DNA of 45,053 bases, from the sequence record PQ659294.1. One strand, 5' to 3'. Below, piece by piece: positions 1 to 8,433 of the stretch; position 1 is the first letter of the stretch; every line of letters starts with the position of its first letter. A program made the position numbers and the translations under genes. The DNA is from Escherichia phage vB_ecoS_OzMSK. The notes under the pieces were generated by a model. The model did not search any database and was not told the origin of the DNA. It saw nothing but the letters and a program-made list of their open reading frames with translations.

Positions 1-119
1 AGCAATATTGCTTCAGATGCAATGATGTTTTTGATTGTTGCGGATTGAGCAATTAAGTGGTGAGTGAGTGAATGAAAGATGGATGGACTACCATACAAGT
101 TGATTTTGATTCTTGCTAA

Positions 120-460
120 GCTACTTTCACGCATACACGTTATAAAAGTTATGCCGTGTAGATGCGCCAGCTCCCCGTTGGAATCATGTACGTCTATCAC
201 GCTAAATTACGCAATGGTTACATAATAATATCTATATATATCAACCATTTAGTACTATTATTATTATTATTATTATATACGCGTATATAATGTATATAGT
301 GGATATTGGATATTGCGATAGTTTTCTATGATTTTTTCCTACAAGTGTAGGAATTGGATGACACTGTAGGAATAAATAGGCATATATGGGCCAATGCTCC
401 ATGAAAGCCGATGTACAAGCTATACGCAGTGGTTACATTGAGCTATATCTGGGGTTTGGA
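120..460. repeat. AT-rich repeat region with palindrome ATATACGCGTATAT and (TTA)6; diverged copy of 25840..26150
   Basis: See the paired region; (TTA)6 at 258..275. Confidence 0.6.
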
Positions 461-571
461 ACTGAAAAGCGTAAATAAATTGAATTCAACCATAAATAAC
501 AATTGATAACATGTAACCTCAATGATACCATGCACCCATCTTAACGAGAGCAACCAATCAGGAGTATATCT

Positions 572-1093
572 ATGTCAAATCGCATTCAACCAGTAAGCCT
601 TGGTGATGTTATCCGCTACATGGCTAAGCAGGCACTTAAGGCCGACAACAGGACTTTTCATGCTCCAATCAATCTTATAGCTCGCCAGGTTTACGGGCTA
701 ACGTCTGATGATATGGGTCGAATCAGCGCTGAGGATCTAGATAGTGGTGGCAAATACAGCCTGGCAAAGCTGAAGGCTTCATATGTCTCTAACACGGTTG
801 CCAGGATGCCAGAAATTCAGGCGGCGAACGTTCGGGCTAAGCTGTCAATCAAGGACGGAGACTTCGGGGATGATGTTGATGTTCGATGCGCATACATCAC
901 CTTGGTTGATGGGGCAATACAAACGGGAAGGAGAGTTAAAGCCAACAATCAGATTGCACAGAATGCGGTGAACGACTTCAAGGATAGAATCCTTAAGCTG
1001 ATGCCATCTGTGACAGATTTTGAAGGAGATGAGATTACAGGAGCAATCAAAGCAATCAAGATGTACCAAGAAATGATTAAGGAGACAAAATAA
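572..1093 (+). CDS. hypothetical protein (173 aa)
   Basis: Long ORF with RBS-like AGGAG 7 nt upstream of ATG; no recognisable motif. Confidence 0.55.
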   Translation: MSNRIQPVSLGDVIRYMAKQALKADNRTFHAPINLIARQVYGLTSDDMGRISAEDLDSGGKYSLAKLKASYVSNTVARMPEIQAANVRAKLSIKDGDFGDDVDVRCAYITLVDGAIQTGRRVKANNQIAQNAVNDFKDRILKLMPSVTDFEGDEITGAIKAIKMYQEMIKETK

Positions 1094-1512
1094 TGGGGAT
1101 GTTTGATTTTAACGAAGATAAGCTGACTGATGATGAGATTATGAAGATTGCCATGCGGGACGGGCTTCCACCGCTGCGGGTTGCTATCAATGCCAATGGC
1201 TATCGGTAATCACAGAGATTCTGGTGCAGTGTTGAGGAGTTGCTAAGCACAAAACTCAGCAGTAAGTTAGGTGTGGTTGTGCGCAAGATTCACGGTCAGA
1301 GCAGGAATGGTAAAGGGGTTGTAGGTATTCGATCAACATACGAAGTGCTGAGAAAGGTCCAGCCATTTGCAGGACTCGGCGGGGTCATGTATGACATGAA
1401 AAACAACATCCTGCCATCGCTACAGGACGCGGGAATCATCTGCTTAATAGGGGATAAGATTTACGTTCATCCATACGTAGTGGGCATGCATGCGATAGAA
1501 GTTGAAGAGTAG
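1093..1512 (+). pseudogene. internally deleted, stop-interrupted remnant of a paralog of the 527-aa P-loop protein (41384..42967, minus)
   Basis: Single reading frame 1093..1512 with one in-frame TAA at 1207..1209; N-terminal 38 aa (MGMFDFNEDKL...LPPLRVAINANGYR) and C-terminal ~75 aa (NGKGVVGIRS...CLIGDKIYV) match the N- and C-termini of the 527-aa protein; the central ~400 codons are missing. Confidence 0.5.
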
Positions 1513-1640
1513 TGCAAAGACTGGGATGAAGGTGAGCGCGCTAGTAGACTACCATACCACTTGCGGTACAGTGAGGAAGAGGTGGAGAAGGCCATCGAGT
1601 TCTTCCGGAAAGCGAAAGCTCTCCTGAATGGTGAATATTA

Positions 1641-1856
1641 ATGCTTATAAAATGCGTTTACGTAAGGCAAGCCAATAGCCACAACCTTTCAGTTGTAAAT
1701 GGCGGGATATACGTAGCTAAGCCAATACCTTGTTTTAATGGCTCATACCACATCAAGATTGATGACAATGAGTACATAGTAAAGACGGTAGGTGAAGCCC
1801 TCATGATAAAGAGCCTAGGTATCATAATGGCTAAATTCGAAATCGTTAGCAAATAG
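1641..1856 (+). CDS. hypothetical protein (71 aa)
   Basis: ORF; stop TAG lies inside the first promoter-like motif copy. Confidence 0.4.
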   Translation: MLIKCVYVRQANSHNLSVVNGGIYVAKPIPCFNGSYHIKIDDNEYIVKTVGEALMIKSLGIIMAKFEIVSK

Positions 1857-1896
1857 CACGAATTGCTAAACAATGGATCGGGTAGTCAGCTATGAT
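1851..1896 (+). promoter_or_regulatory. class-A promoter-like cassette (AAATAGCACGAATTGCTAAA, ~22 nt, TATGAT)
   Basis: Inverted repeat TAGCA-N5-TGCTA followed at conserved spacing by a -10-like hexamer and a conserved leader; same architecture recurs about 15 times. Confidence 0.5.
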
Positions 1897-1926
1897 TACC
1901 CCATCGACAACAAAGAGGAAATTAAG

Positions 1927-2115
1927 GTGATTAACCTAACTGATGATGAGTGCATTGCTGTAATAAAGGTTTCTAAGTTGATGAGTCAAAGATTTGACAC
2001 GCTTTCACTAAAGCATGGTTTTGCCTGGGAGATTTTTGATGATCATGTCAACCTGGATGACTTCATGTCAGCATCTATTAAGATTAAAGAATATATAAAA
2101 GAGGTGAGTGAATAA
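1927..2115 (+). CDS. small protein, member 1 of a tandem paralog trio (GTG start; the track ORF 1873..2115 starts inside the promoter cassette)
   Basis: Leader aligns with other cassette leaders (..caaagaggaaattaagGTG); N-terminus INLTDDE resembles MITINLSEE and MITINLSDK of the next two genes. Confidence 0.4.
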   Translation: MINLTDDECIAVIKVSKLMSQRFDTLSLKHGFAWEIFDDHVNLDDFMSASIKIKEYIKEVSE

Positions 2116-2116
2116 G

Positions 2117-2308
2117 ATGATTACTATCAACCTGTCAGAGGAGATGGCTGCCGACCTTCTTGATTCGCTAAGCCTGGTCAAAATTCGCTACGGAACTTAC
2201 CACAGAAGCGAATCAGTAAAGGAGGTGGTAAAGCAAGTTAAGCAGCAGGTCGGAGTGGTCAAGATCGAATTGCAGAACACCCCATACGATTTTAAGAAAG
2301 GTGAATAA
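2117..2308 (+). CDS. small protein, tandem paralog 2 (63 aa)
   Basis: ATG 2117 preceded by gaggtgagtgaataag; N-terminus MITINLSEE. Confidence 0.5.
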   Translation: MITINLSEEMAADLLDSLSLVKIRYGTYHRSESVKEVVKQVKQQVGVVKIELQNTPYDFKKGE

Positions 2309-2309
2309 G

Positions 2310-2528
2310 ATGATTACAATTAACCTGTCAGATAAGCAAGCAGCAGAACTGAAGTCCATGCTGTCAATCTTTGAGAAGCCAAATGACCGAGCAATTTCAA
2401 AAGAGGTTATTACTCAAATCAACAACCAGCAATTCGACGTAAGTGACTTCGAGTCATCACGACAGTACGAGGCGCTTAGCGTCAATGCGGCATACCTGAC
2501 TAATTGGGATAAGGCGACTAATAAATGA
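2310..2528 (+). CDS. small protein, tandem paralog 3 (72 aa)
   Basis: ATG 2310 preceded by near-identical aaggtgaataag; N-terminus MITINLSDK. Confidence 0.5.
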   Translation: MITINLSDKQAAELKSMLSIFEKPNDRAISKEVITQINNQQFDVSDFESSRQYEALSVNAAYLTNWDKATNK

Positions 2529-2754
2529 TTCTAAATGTTGATTTTGCAAGCTCCAGAGCTTGTAATATTTTGGATTCCGACGCGGCATGAAGTTGATTGC
2601 TGTAGTAAACGAACGCGGAATCCTCACAGTTAAATAACCGAAGACTGGCGTGCATATGCACGTAAAAGAAAATGGCGGAAGAGTTTTTATCAGATCAATG
2701 TCTGGTGAAACAATGGTAGCATCCTCAAAAATATAAGTACAAGGCGAATAAGAA

Positions 2755-2898
2755 ATGATTTACATCCATACATACTACACTGGTAAGTTTAACAGCGTTA
2801 AGCACGTTCGAGTGTACGAGGGGTTTCATAAAGCATTTGAGCAGCAGAGGGTTCTTGGTGGAACTATTAAGTGGTGTGAAGTTGTCAAAGAATGCTAA
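2755..2898 (+). CDS. possible small protein (~47 aa)
   Basis: ORF below the track cutoff; start context gaataagaaATGATTTAC resembles the paralog trio starts; stop in motif copy 2. Confidence 0.25.
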   Translation: MIYIHTYYTGKFNSVKHVRVYEGFHKAFEQQRVLGGTIKWCEVVKEC

Positions 2899-2942
2899 AT
2901 AGCACGAATTGCTAAACGCAGTCGCCACGGATGGCATATAAT
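2897..2942 (+). promoter_or_regulatory. class-A promoter-like cassette (motif, then TATAAT at 2937..2942)
   Basis: Consensus motif and -10-like hexamer at the conserved spacing. Confidence 0.5.
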
Positions 2943-2972
2943 TACCCAGTCAACACAAAGAGAGATTGAGAA

Positions 2973-3143
2973 ATGTTAACGATAATGATGACTAACCTTG
3001 AGTTAAATGAATTCAGCATTCTAGCTTTTATTATGCCAATACTGCTAATTCTTCCATTCGCTGCGTACGTCGTAATGAAAGATAATGCAGAGTGGAAGCG
3101 GATTGATAAGAAAATCAAAGAAGCAACGCACAGGAATAAGTAA
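2973..3143 (+). CDS. small membrane protein (56 aa, one hydrophobic helix)
   Basis: ORF below the track cutoff; sits at the conserved distance after the cassette leader; hydrophobic segment FSILAFIMPILLILPFAAYVV. Confidence 0.35.
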   Translation: MLTIMMTNLELNEFSILAFIMPILLILPFAAYVVMKDNAEWKRIDKKIKEATHRNK

Positions 3144-3144
3144 A

Positions 3145-3384
3145 ATGTTCGGACTAAATGAAGCTATGTTTAATGCAGTAAAGCGCCAGGCTAAAAAGCT
3201 CAACGATAAGTATGAGTCATTAAGCAAGCTTGACCGCAAGAATGATAAGTTAGTTGCGGGTATAATCACTGAGATTTGGCAACCAGTTTCTACAGTTATT
3301 AGCAGGGATCGATTTGTGTGGGTAGCCGGGTATCTCAAAGGTCGAGTTGGTCATGACGAGAATGGGAATAGCCTTTATGAGTGA
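3145..3384 (+). CDS. hypothetical protein (79 aa; ATG at 3145 within track ORF 3085..3384)
   Basis: TAAAATG stop-start junction with the upstream small ORF; basic N-terminal region. Confidence 0.4.
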   Translation: MFGLNEAMFNAVKRQAKKLNDKYESLSKLDRKNDKLVAGIITEIWQPVSTVISRDRFVWVAGYLKGRVGHDENGNSLYE

Positions 3385-3707
3385 GTTAACAATCTGGTTT
3401 ATCGCGGGACTGATTGCTTGGGGTTACTTTTTAATCGTTTAGATGAGATTGTTAAAAAGAGCTTGCATCACTGACCGGAATTATCTAACATTAACAACGT
3501 AGACAAACGAGGCCACCAAGTGGCAACGGCGCACGGAGCGAACTACACGGTAAGCCCGCTGTTCATTAAGTAGCATATGCGGCACATTGGACCAAGAGGA
3601 TAAGGCGTAAACCTCAACCCTTATGGGACTTGGAAGACCTAGCGCAAATAGGCAGATTAACCGGCTGTATCAGGCAGCCCCGGAGCCGTAACCGGGACTC
3701 ATTCAAA

Positions 3708-3785
3708 GCTCCGCTAGCTCAATTGGATAGCAGCAACGACCTTCTAAGTCGTAGGTTACTGGTTCGAGGCCAGTGCGGAGCGCCA
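3708..3785 (+). tRNA. tRNA-Arg, anticodon UCU, with encoded CCA
   Basis: Hand-folded cloverleaf: acceptor GCTCCGC/GCGGAGC (7 bp), U8, A14, GG in D-loop, anticodon stem ACGAC/GTCGT with loop CTTCTAA, 5-nt variable loop, T-stem ACTGG/CCAGT with loop TTCGAGG, discriminator G, CCA. Confidence 0.7.
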
Positions 3786-3812
3786 AATTTAACCAATAAT
3801 CCTGGGGGATTC

Positions 3813-3998
3813 ATGAAAATTGTAACATTCATCGTGAAAGATTCAGAAACAGGTTCCGTTCAGAAGTTTAACGCAAAGATGGACTTCACGGAAACCCGAG
3901 TGGTCAAAGGATCACTTAATGGAGTTTCTGTATCCGCGCAGCTTCCGCATGGTTTTGATTACTTATTCGGAAAACAATCAGCAAATGACGATGAGTAG
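3813..3998 (+). CDS. hypothetical protein (61 aa)
   Basis: ATG at 3813 with upstream GGGGGA; this is the 3' part of track ORF 3630..3998, whose 5' part runs through the tRNA. Confidence 0.4.
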   Translation: MKIVTFIVKDSETGSVQKFNAKMDFTETRVVKGSLNGVSVSAQLPHGFDYLFGKQSANDDE

Positions 3999-4182
3999 CT
4001 TGTGGGATGTGAAGTTGTCCATTCGCTTAATGGGCCGCTCGTGCAAGAATTGCACTCAAGATTACATCGCGTCAGTTGCCGCAATCAGCGCTGAGGATGC
4101 GGTAGCGAAAGTAAAGAGTATGTCAGGAGCTGCCCCTGATACTCACAAATTCCTGGTAGCTTACGTTCGTGAGCGAAAGTAA
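3985..4182 (+). CDS. hypothetical protein (~65 aa)
   Basis: ORF followed by a strong intrinsic terminator; start 3985 or 3991 uncertain. Confidence 0.35.
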   Translation: MTMSSLWDVKLSIRLMGRSCKNCTQDYIASVAAISAEDAVAKVKSMSGAAPDTHKFLVAYVRERK

Positions 4183-4226
4183 AAAGCGTTATACCCTCGT
4201 TAAGTTTCGTTTCTCTCGTTGTTTTT

Positions 4227-4250
4227 AGCCCTCGCTTGAGGGCTTTTTTT
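4227..4250 (+). terminator. rho-independent terminator (AGCCCTCGCTTGAGGGCT + T7)
   Basis: GC hairpin followed by a T-run. Confidence 0.7.
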
Positions 4251-4270
4251 CGTCTGTAATATGGTATAAT
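4251..4270 (+). promoter_or_regulatory. sigma70-like promoter with extended -10 (TGGTATAAT) ahead of the packaging/head operon
   Basis: TGGTATAAT at 4262..4270 directly after the terminator; AAGGAGG RBS and ATG 4294 follow. Confidence 0.5.
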
Positions 4271-4293
4271 CTGACCTCAACAAAGGAGGATTT

Positions 4294-4800
4294 ATGAGCA
4301 AAGCAGCATTAAAGATTGGTGAGGGAAACTTCAAGGCGCTCTACAACAAGAAGTATGGCGATATTGCTATGGTCGCAATCAACCGTAAGTACACGCCCGA
4401 GGAGGTATTTGACTTTGCAGTGAGATACTTTTCATGGGCTGAGAATGAGGCAATCAAGGCCATTGAGACGGCTGCATTCCAGGGTGTGGTTAGCGAGAGC
4501 CTGGTTCACAAGCCTCGAGTGTTCACCTTAACTGGCCTGGCGCTATTTATGGGTGTCAATATCAATAGATTCGCTCGCTGGCGTACTGAGGCTGGTTACT
4601 CTGACGTGATGGAATTCATTGATAACGTAATTTATGAGCAGAAGTATCAGCTTGGCGTTGCAGGCATCATCAACTCCACAATCGTTGGTAAAGAGTTAGG
4701 GATTGATAAGCCGCAGGAGATTACCATTAGCAACAACTCCACAGCTAACGACGTTGATAGCATGAAGGAAGCGCTGGAGTCTGTGATTAGTAAGTTATAA
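4294..4800 (+). CDS. terminase small subunit (putative)
   Basis: 168-aa ORF immediately upstream of the large terminase; strong RBS AAGGAGG. Confidence 0.55.
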   Translation: MSKAALKIGEGNFKALYNKKYGDIAMVAINRKYTPEEVFDFAVRYFSWAENEAIKAIETAAFQGVVSESLVHKPRVFTLTGLALFMGVNINRFARWRTEAGYSDVMEFIDNVIYEQKYQLGVAGIINSTIVGKELGIDKPQEITISNNSTANDVDSMKEALESVISKL

Positions 4801-4818
4801 CAATAAGAGGGTATAACA

Positions 4819-6384
4819 ATGTCTTTAGTGTGGGAAGAAATGACCATTCAGGAGAAGATGGCGGTTAAGGCTATATCAGAACACAGCTTCGAGGGTTTCC
4901 TTCGGTGCTGGTTTTCAATAACCCAGGGAGAACGATACATCCCTAACTGGCATCACAAGTACTTGTGCAGAATCATTGACGAGATTATCGCAGGAGAGCG
5001 CAAGGATACCATCATTAACATAGCGCCGGGCAGCGGAAAGACGGAAATCGCTTCAATACACTTCCCGGCATACTCGATGGTTAAGCTGAAGAAGGTGAGG
5101 AATCTTAACATCTCATTTGCCGACTCCCTTGTAAAGCGCAACTCGAAACGCGTACGTGACCTTATCAAGTCTCAAGAATTTCAATCACTCTGGCCTTGCA
5201 AGTTTGGCACATGCAAGGATGATGAGCTTCAGGTTCTTGATGAGAGCGGAAAGGTTAGGTTTGAGTCAATATCAAAGGCGGCTGGAGGCCAGATTACTGG
5301 TGCTCGCGGTGGCTACATAACTGAAAATTACAGTGGTGCGGTGTTGTTAGATGATTTCGATAAGCCCGCAGATATGCTTTCTCCGGTTTATCGAGCTAAT
5401 AACCACGTAATGCTCAAGAACACAATTCGATCACGTCGCGCTAGCTCTGTAAAAGGAAAAGCGACACCAATCATTTCGATACAGCAGCGTCTGCACGTCA
5501 ATGACTCAACCTGGTTCATGATGGAAGGTGGGATGGGCATCGATTTTGACTTGATTAAGATACCAGCGCTAGTTACTGAGGATTACATCGACTCGCTCCC
5601 TGACTGGATTAAAGAGCAGTTTGCGGAAGACGTTTTAAGCAGTGAGTACATTGAGAGAGATGGCGTAAAGTACTATAGCTACTTCCCAAAAAAGGAGTCA
5701 GTAAACGACCTGGTTGCGATGTGGGATAGTGACCCGTACACTTTTCTCAGCCAGTATCAACAAGAACCAGTAGCACTTGGTGGCAATCTGATTAACGTAG
5801 ACTGGTTCCAGCGTCTTAGTGATACATTCAGGCATCCAGCCAAGTACGATTATAGATTTATAACTTGCGATACTGCGATGACCACAAAGAGTTATAGTGA
5901 CTTCTCTGTACTTCAGTTGTGGGGATATAAGGATGCTAAGATTTACCTGATAGACCAGCGCAGGGGTAAATGGGAGGCTCCAGAATTAGAGGCTGAATTA
6001 CTTGACTTCGAGAAGAAATCAAGGGCAACCAGTCAGTCAGATGGCATCCTACGAAAAATCATTATCGAGAAGAAAGCCTCTGGTATCGGCTTGATTCAAT
6101 CTGCAGGCAGGGTAATGCGAACTCCGATAGAGCCATACGTACCGGATAGCGACAAGCTGACTCGCGTGATGAGCGCGTTACCACAGATCAAGGCTGGTAA
6201 CGTCGTCCTTCCAGAGTCTGCGCCATGGCTAAATGGATTGCTTACGGAGGTTGCGGCTTTTACGGCAGATGACTCGCATAAGCACGACGACCAAATTGAC
6301 TGTCTAACAATGGCAGTAAACCTTGTTCTCAATATCGCGGATGATCCTAAGGCACGACTAATGCGCATAGCGGGAATTAAATAG
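4819..6384 (+). CDS. terminase large subunit
   Basis: 521 aa; Walker A-like NIAPGSGKT near the N-terminus; C-terminal nuclease-like acidic residues; position before portal. Confidence 0.85.
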   Translation: MSLVWEEMTIQEKMAVKAISEHSFEGFLRCWFSITQGERYIPNWHHKYLCRIIDEIIAGERKDTIINIAPGSGKTEIASIHFPAYSMVKLKKVRNLNISFADSLVKRNSKRVRDLIKSQEFQSLWPCKFGTCKDDELQVLDESGKVRFESISKAAGGQITGARGGYITENYSGAVLLDDFDKPADMLSPVYRANNHVMLKNTIRSRRASSVKGKATPIISIQQRLHVNDSTWFMMEGGMGIDFDLIKIPALVTEDYIDSLPDWIKEQFAEDVLSSEYIERDGVKYYSYFPKKESVNDLVAMWDSDPYTFLSQYQQEPVALGGNLINVDWFQRLSDTFRHPAKYDYRFITCDTAMTTKSYSDFSVLQLWGYKDAKIYLIDQRRGKWEAPELEAELLDFEKKSRATSQSDGILRKIIIEKKASGIGLIQSAGRVMRTPIEPYVPDSDKLTRVMSALPQIKAGNVVLPESAPWLNGLLTEVAAFTADDSHKHDDQIDCLTMAVNLVLNIADDPKARLMRIAGIK

Positions 6385-6432
6385 CCGTGATAAACTAAGC
6401 CCCTATATGGGGATTTTCTATTGGAGAAAAAC

Positions 6433-7701
6433 ATGGTTAAGACAGACAGCTACGCCAATATCTTTCTAGGCGGCAGTGATGGTAGTGAGATTTACGGGAG
6501 TTTGCAGAGCCAATCCCCTACAATTCTGGCTTCGCTTTATGCGGACAATGCGCTGGTGCGTCGAATCATCGACACAATCCCGGAAACAGCACTAGCGGCA
6601 GGATTCCACATTGATGGAATTGATGATGAGCCTGCATTCTGGTCGCGCTGGGACTATCTAGAACTAACAAAGCACATCAATGAAGCCTGGTCGTGGGCTA
6701 GATTGTTCGGTGGGGCAGCAATTGTTGCTATCGTTAAGGACAATAGAGCTCTAACAAGCCCGGTCAGAGAAGGGGCGGAACTTGAAACCGTTCGCGTTTA
6801 CGACCGTACTCAAGTAAAAGTACAAACTCGCGAAGAGAATCCCCGCAACGCACGTTTTGGCAAGCCACTAACCTATCGCGTCACCACTAATGAGAGCGAT
6901 ATGTTCTATGATGTGCACTACAGCCGAATTCACATCATTGACGGAGAGCGAATCCCTAACGTAATGCGTCGGCAGAATGATGGCTGGGGCCGCAGCGTTC
7001 TTTCCAGTGACATTCTTGACTCAATCAAGGATTACACCAACTGCGAAAGACTCGCCACCCAACTACTGAGACGAAAGCAGCAAGCAGTGTGGAAAGCCAA
7101 AGGTCTGGCTGAGTTGTGTGATGATAGCGAGGGATTTGGTGCCGCAAGGTTGCGCCTAGCACAGGTTGATAACAATAGCGGCGTTGGTCAGGCGATTGGC
7201 ATTGACGCGGAATCTGAAGAGTATAGCATCCTAAACTCTGATATTGGCGGGATTGATGCGTTCCTGGATAAGAAGTTTGACAGAATCGTTGCACTGAGCG
7301 GCATTCATGAGATTATCCTGAAGAATAAGAACGTTGGCGGCGTATCATCAAGTCAGAACACCGCATTGGAGACATTCCATAAACTAGTCGATCGCAAGCG
7401 TAACGCTGAACTACTGCCGATTCTCGGGTTCCTGATTCCGTTCATTTCAGACGAGCAAGAATGGTCAGTGGAGTTTAATCCCCTAGCGCAGGAATCAAGT
7501 AAGGATAAGGCCGAGATTCTTGAGAAGAACGTAAACAGCATTGCGACACTAATTGCAGCTGGCGCTATGGACATTGACGAAGCTAGGGATACATTGCGCA
7601 CAATCGCTCCAGAGGTTAAGATTAGTGACGGTTCAGTAGAAACAGAGGTGACAATTAGTGAAGCCAGTAATGACCCGCTGGAAGTACCCACAGACAATTG
7701 A
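6433..7701 (+). CDS. portal protein
   Basis: ~420 aa ORF directly after terminase; ATG 6433 with GGAG RBS (track start 6421 is TTG). Confidence 0.8.
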   Translation: MVKTDSYANIFLGGSDGSEIYGSLQSQSPTILASLYADNALVRRIIDTIPETALAAGFHIDGIDDEPAFWSRWDYLELTKHINEAWSWARLFGGAAIVAIVKDNRALTSPVREGAELETVRVYDRTQVKVQTREENPRNARFGKPLTYRVTTNESDMFYDVHYSRIHIIDGERIPNVMRRQNDGWGRSVLSSDILDSIKDYTNCERLATQLLRRKQQAVWKAKGLAELCDDSEGFGAARLRLAQVDNNSGVGQAIGIDAESEEYSILNSDIGGIDAFLDKKFDRIVALSGIHEIILKNKNVGGVSSSQNTALETFHKLVDRKRNAELLPILGFLIPFISDEQEWSVEFNPLAQESSKDKAEILEKNVNSIATLIAAGAMDIDEARDTLRTIAPEVKISDGSVETEVTISEASNDPLEVPTDN

Positions 7702-8386
7702 GAGCCAGGTAAACCGCAATCTTAGCATTGCGGTAACTGAGCTAATTTCAGCAATGAGGGAATCAGCAACAAGACTTAAAATTGATACTGCAGAGGAGCT
7801 GGAGGAAGAGGATGGATATCTTGACGGGATAATTGCGGCGCTGGTGGCTTCATTTATATCAACAATCCCAACCATAGGTGCAGCTATATACAGATACAAT
7901 AGCTCGCAATTTCTTGTGCTTGCAATCAAGACTGGCGGGAGGTCAAACCCTAGCGTTCTAGACCTTGAAGTTAATGGCATCAATGGCGATGAGCCGTGGT
8001 ATAATGATGACCTTAATCAGTGGGTTTACACCACAAACAAGTCAGTGATTAAATTGCTGAATAACATTAAAGATGACTTTTTGCAGACGGCGTCAACAAT
8101 CCAGAATGGGGACTACGTTAAGTTATCCGATAGGTACAAAACATACAGGAAGCGAACGGCAAACATTGCATCTGGAATTGTCTCAAGTCTGAACTCAACA
8201 CTTATGAGACGTAGGCTTGAGGATGCTGGTGTTAGCCGATACGTCTGGCATGGAATGCTAGATGAAAGAGAGCGCCAATCTCATATAGCGAGAGAAGGTC
8301 TTAGCTTTAAACTTGGTGGTGATGATATATTTCCAGGTCAAGAATACGGTTGTCGTTGCTGGTCAGTTCCTGATTGGGAATCATAA
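7658..8386 (+). CDS. head morphogenesis / minor head protein (SPP1 gp7 / Mu F-like, putative)
   Basis: 242-aa ORF overlapping the portal 3' end; GTG start with GAGGTG RBS. Confidence 0.55.
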   Translation: MKPVMTRWKYPQTIESQVNRNLSIAVTELISAMRESATRLKIDTAEELEEEDGYLDGIIAALVASFISTIPTIGAAIYRYNSSQFLVLAIKTGGRSNPSVLDLEVNGINGDEPWYNDDLNQWVYTTNKSVIKLLNNIKDDFLQTASTIQNGDYVKLSDRYKTYRKRTANIASGIVSSLNSTLMRRRLEDAGVSRYVWHGMLDERERQSHIAREGLSFKLGGDDIFPGQEYGCRCWSVPDWES

Positions 8387-8433
8387 TGTGAGGATAAACG
8401 ATGAATTTGATGGCTTTTAGTGAGGAGAATTAA

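Noticed and set aside
1873-1926. ATG-initiated N-terminal extensions of track ORFs 1873..2115, 27495..27686 and 35611..35853
   Set aside because: These start codons lie inside the promoter-like cassette (between the palindrome and the -10-like hexamer); downstream starts at the conserved leader position with an RBS are more plausible
3630-3998. 122-aa ORF from the six-frame track
   Set aside because: Its 5' half runs straight through the tRNA-Arg cloverleaf and has no RBS; only the 3' part from ATG 3813 is kept as a possible small gene
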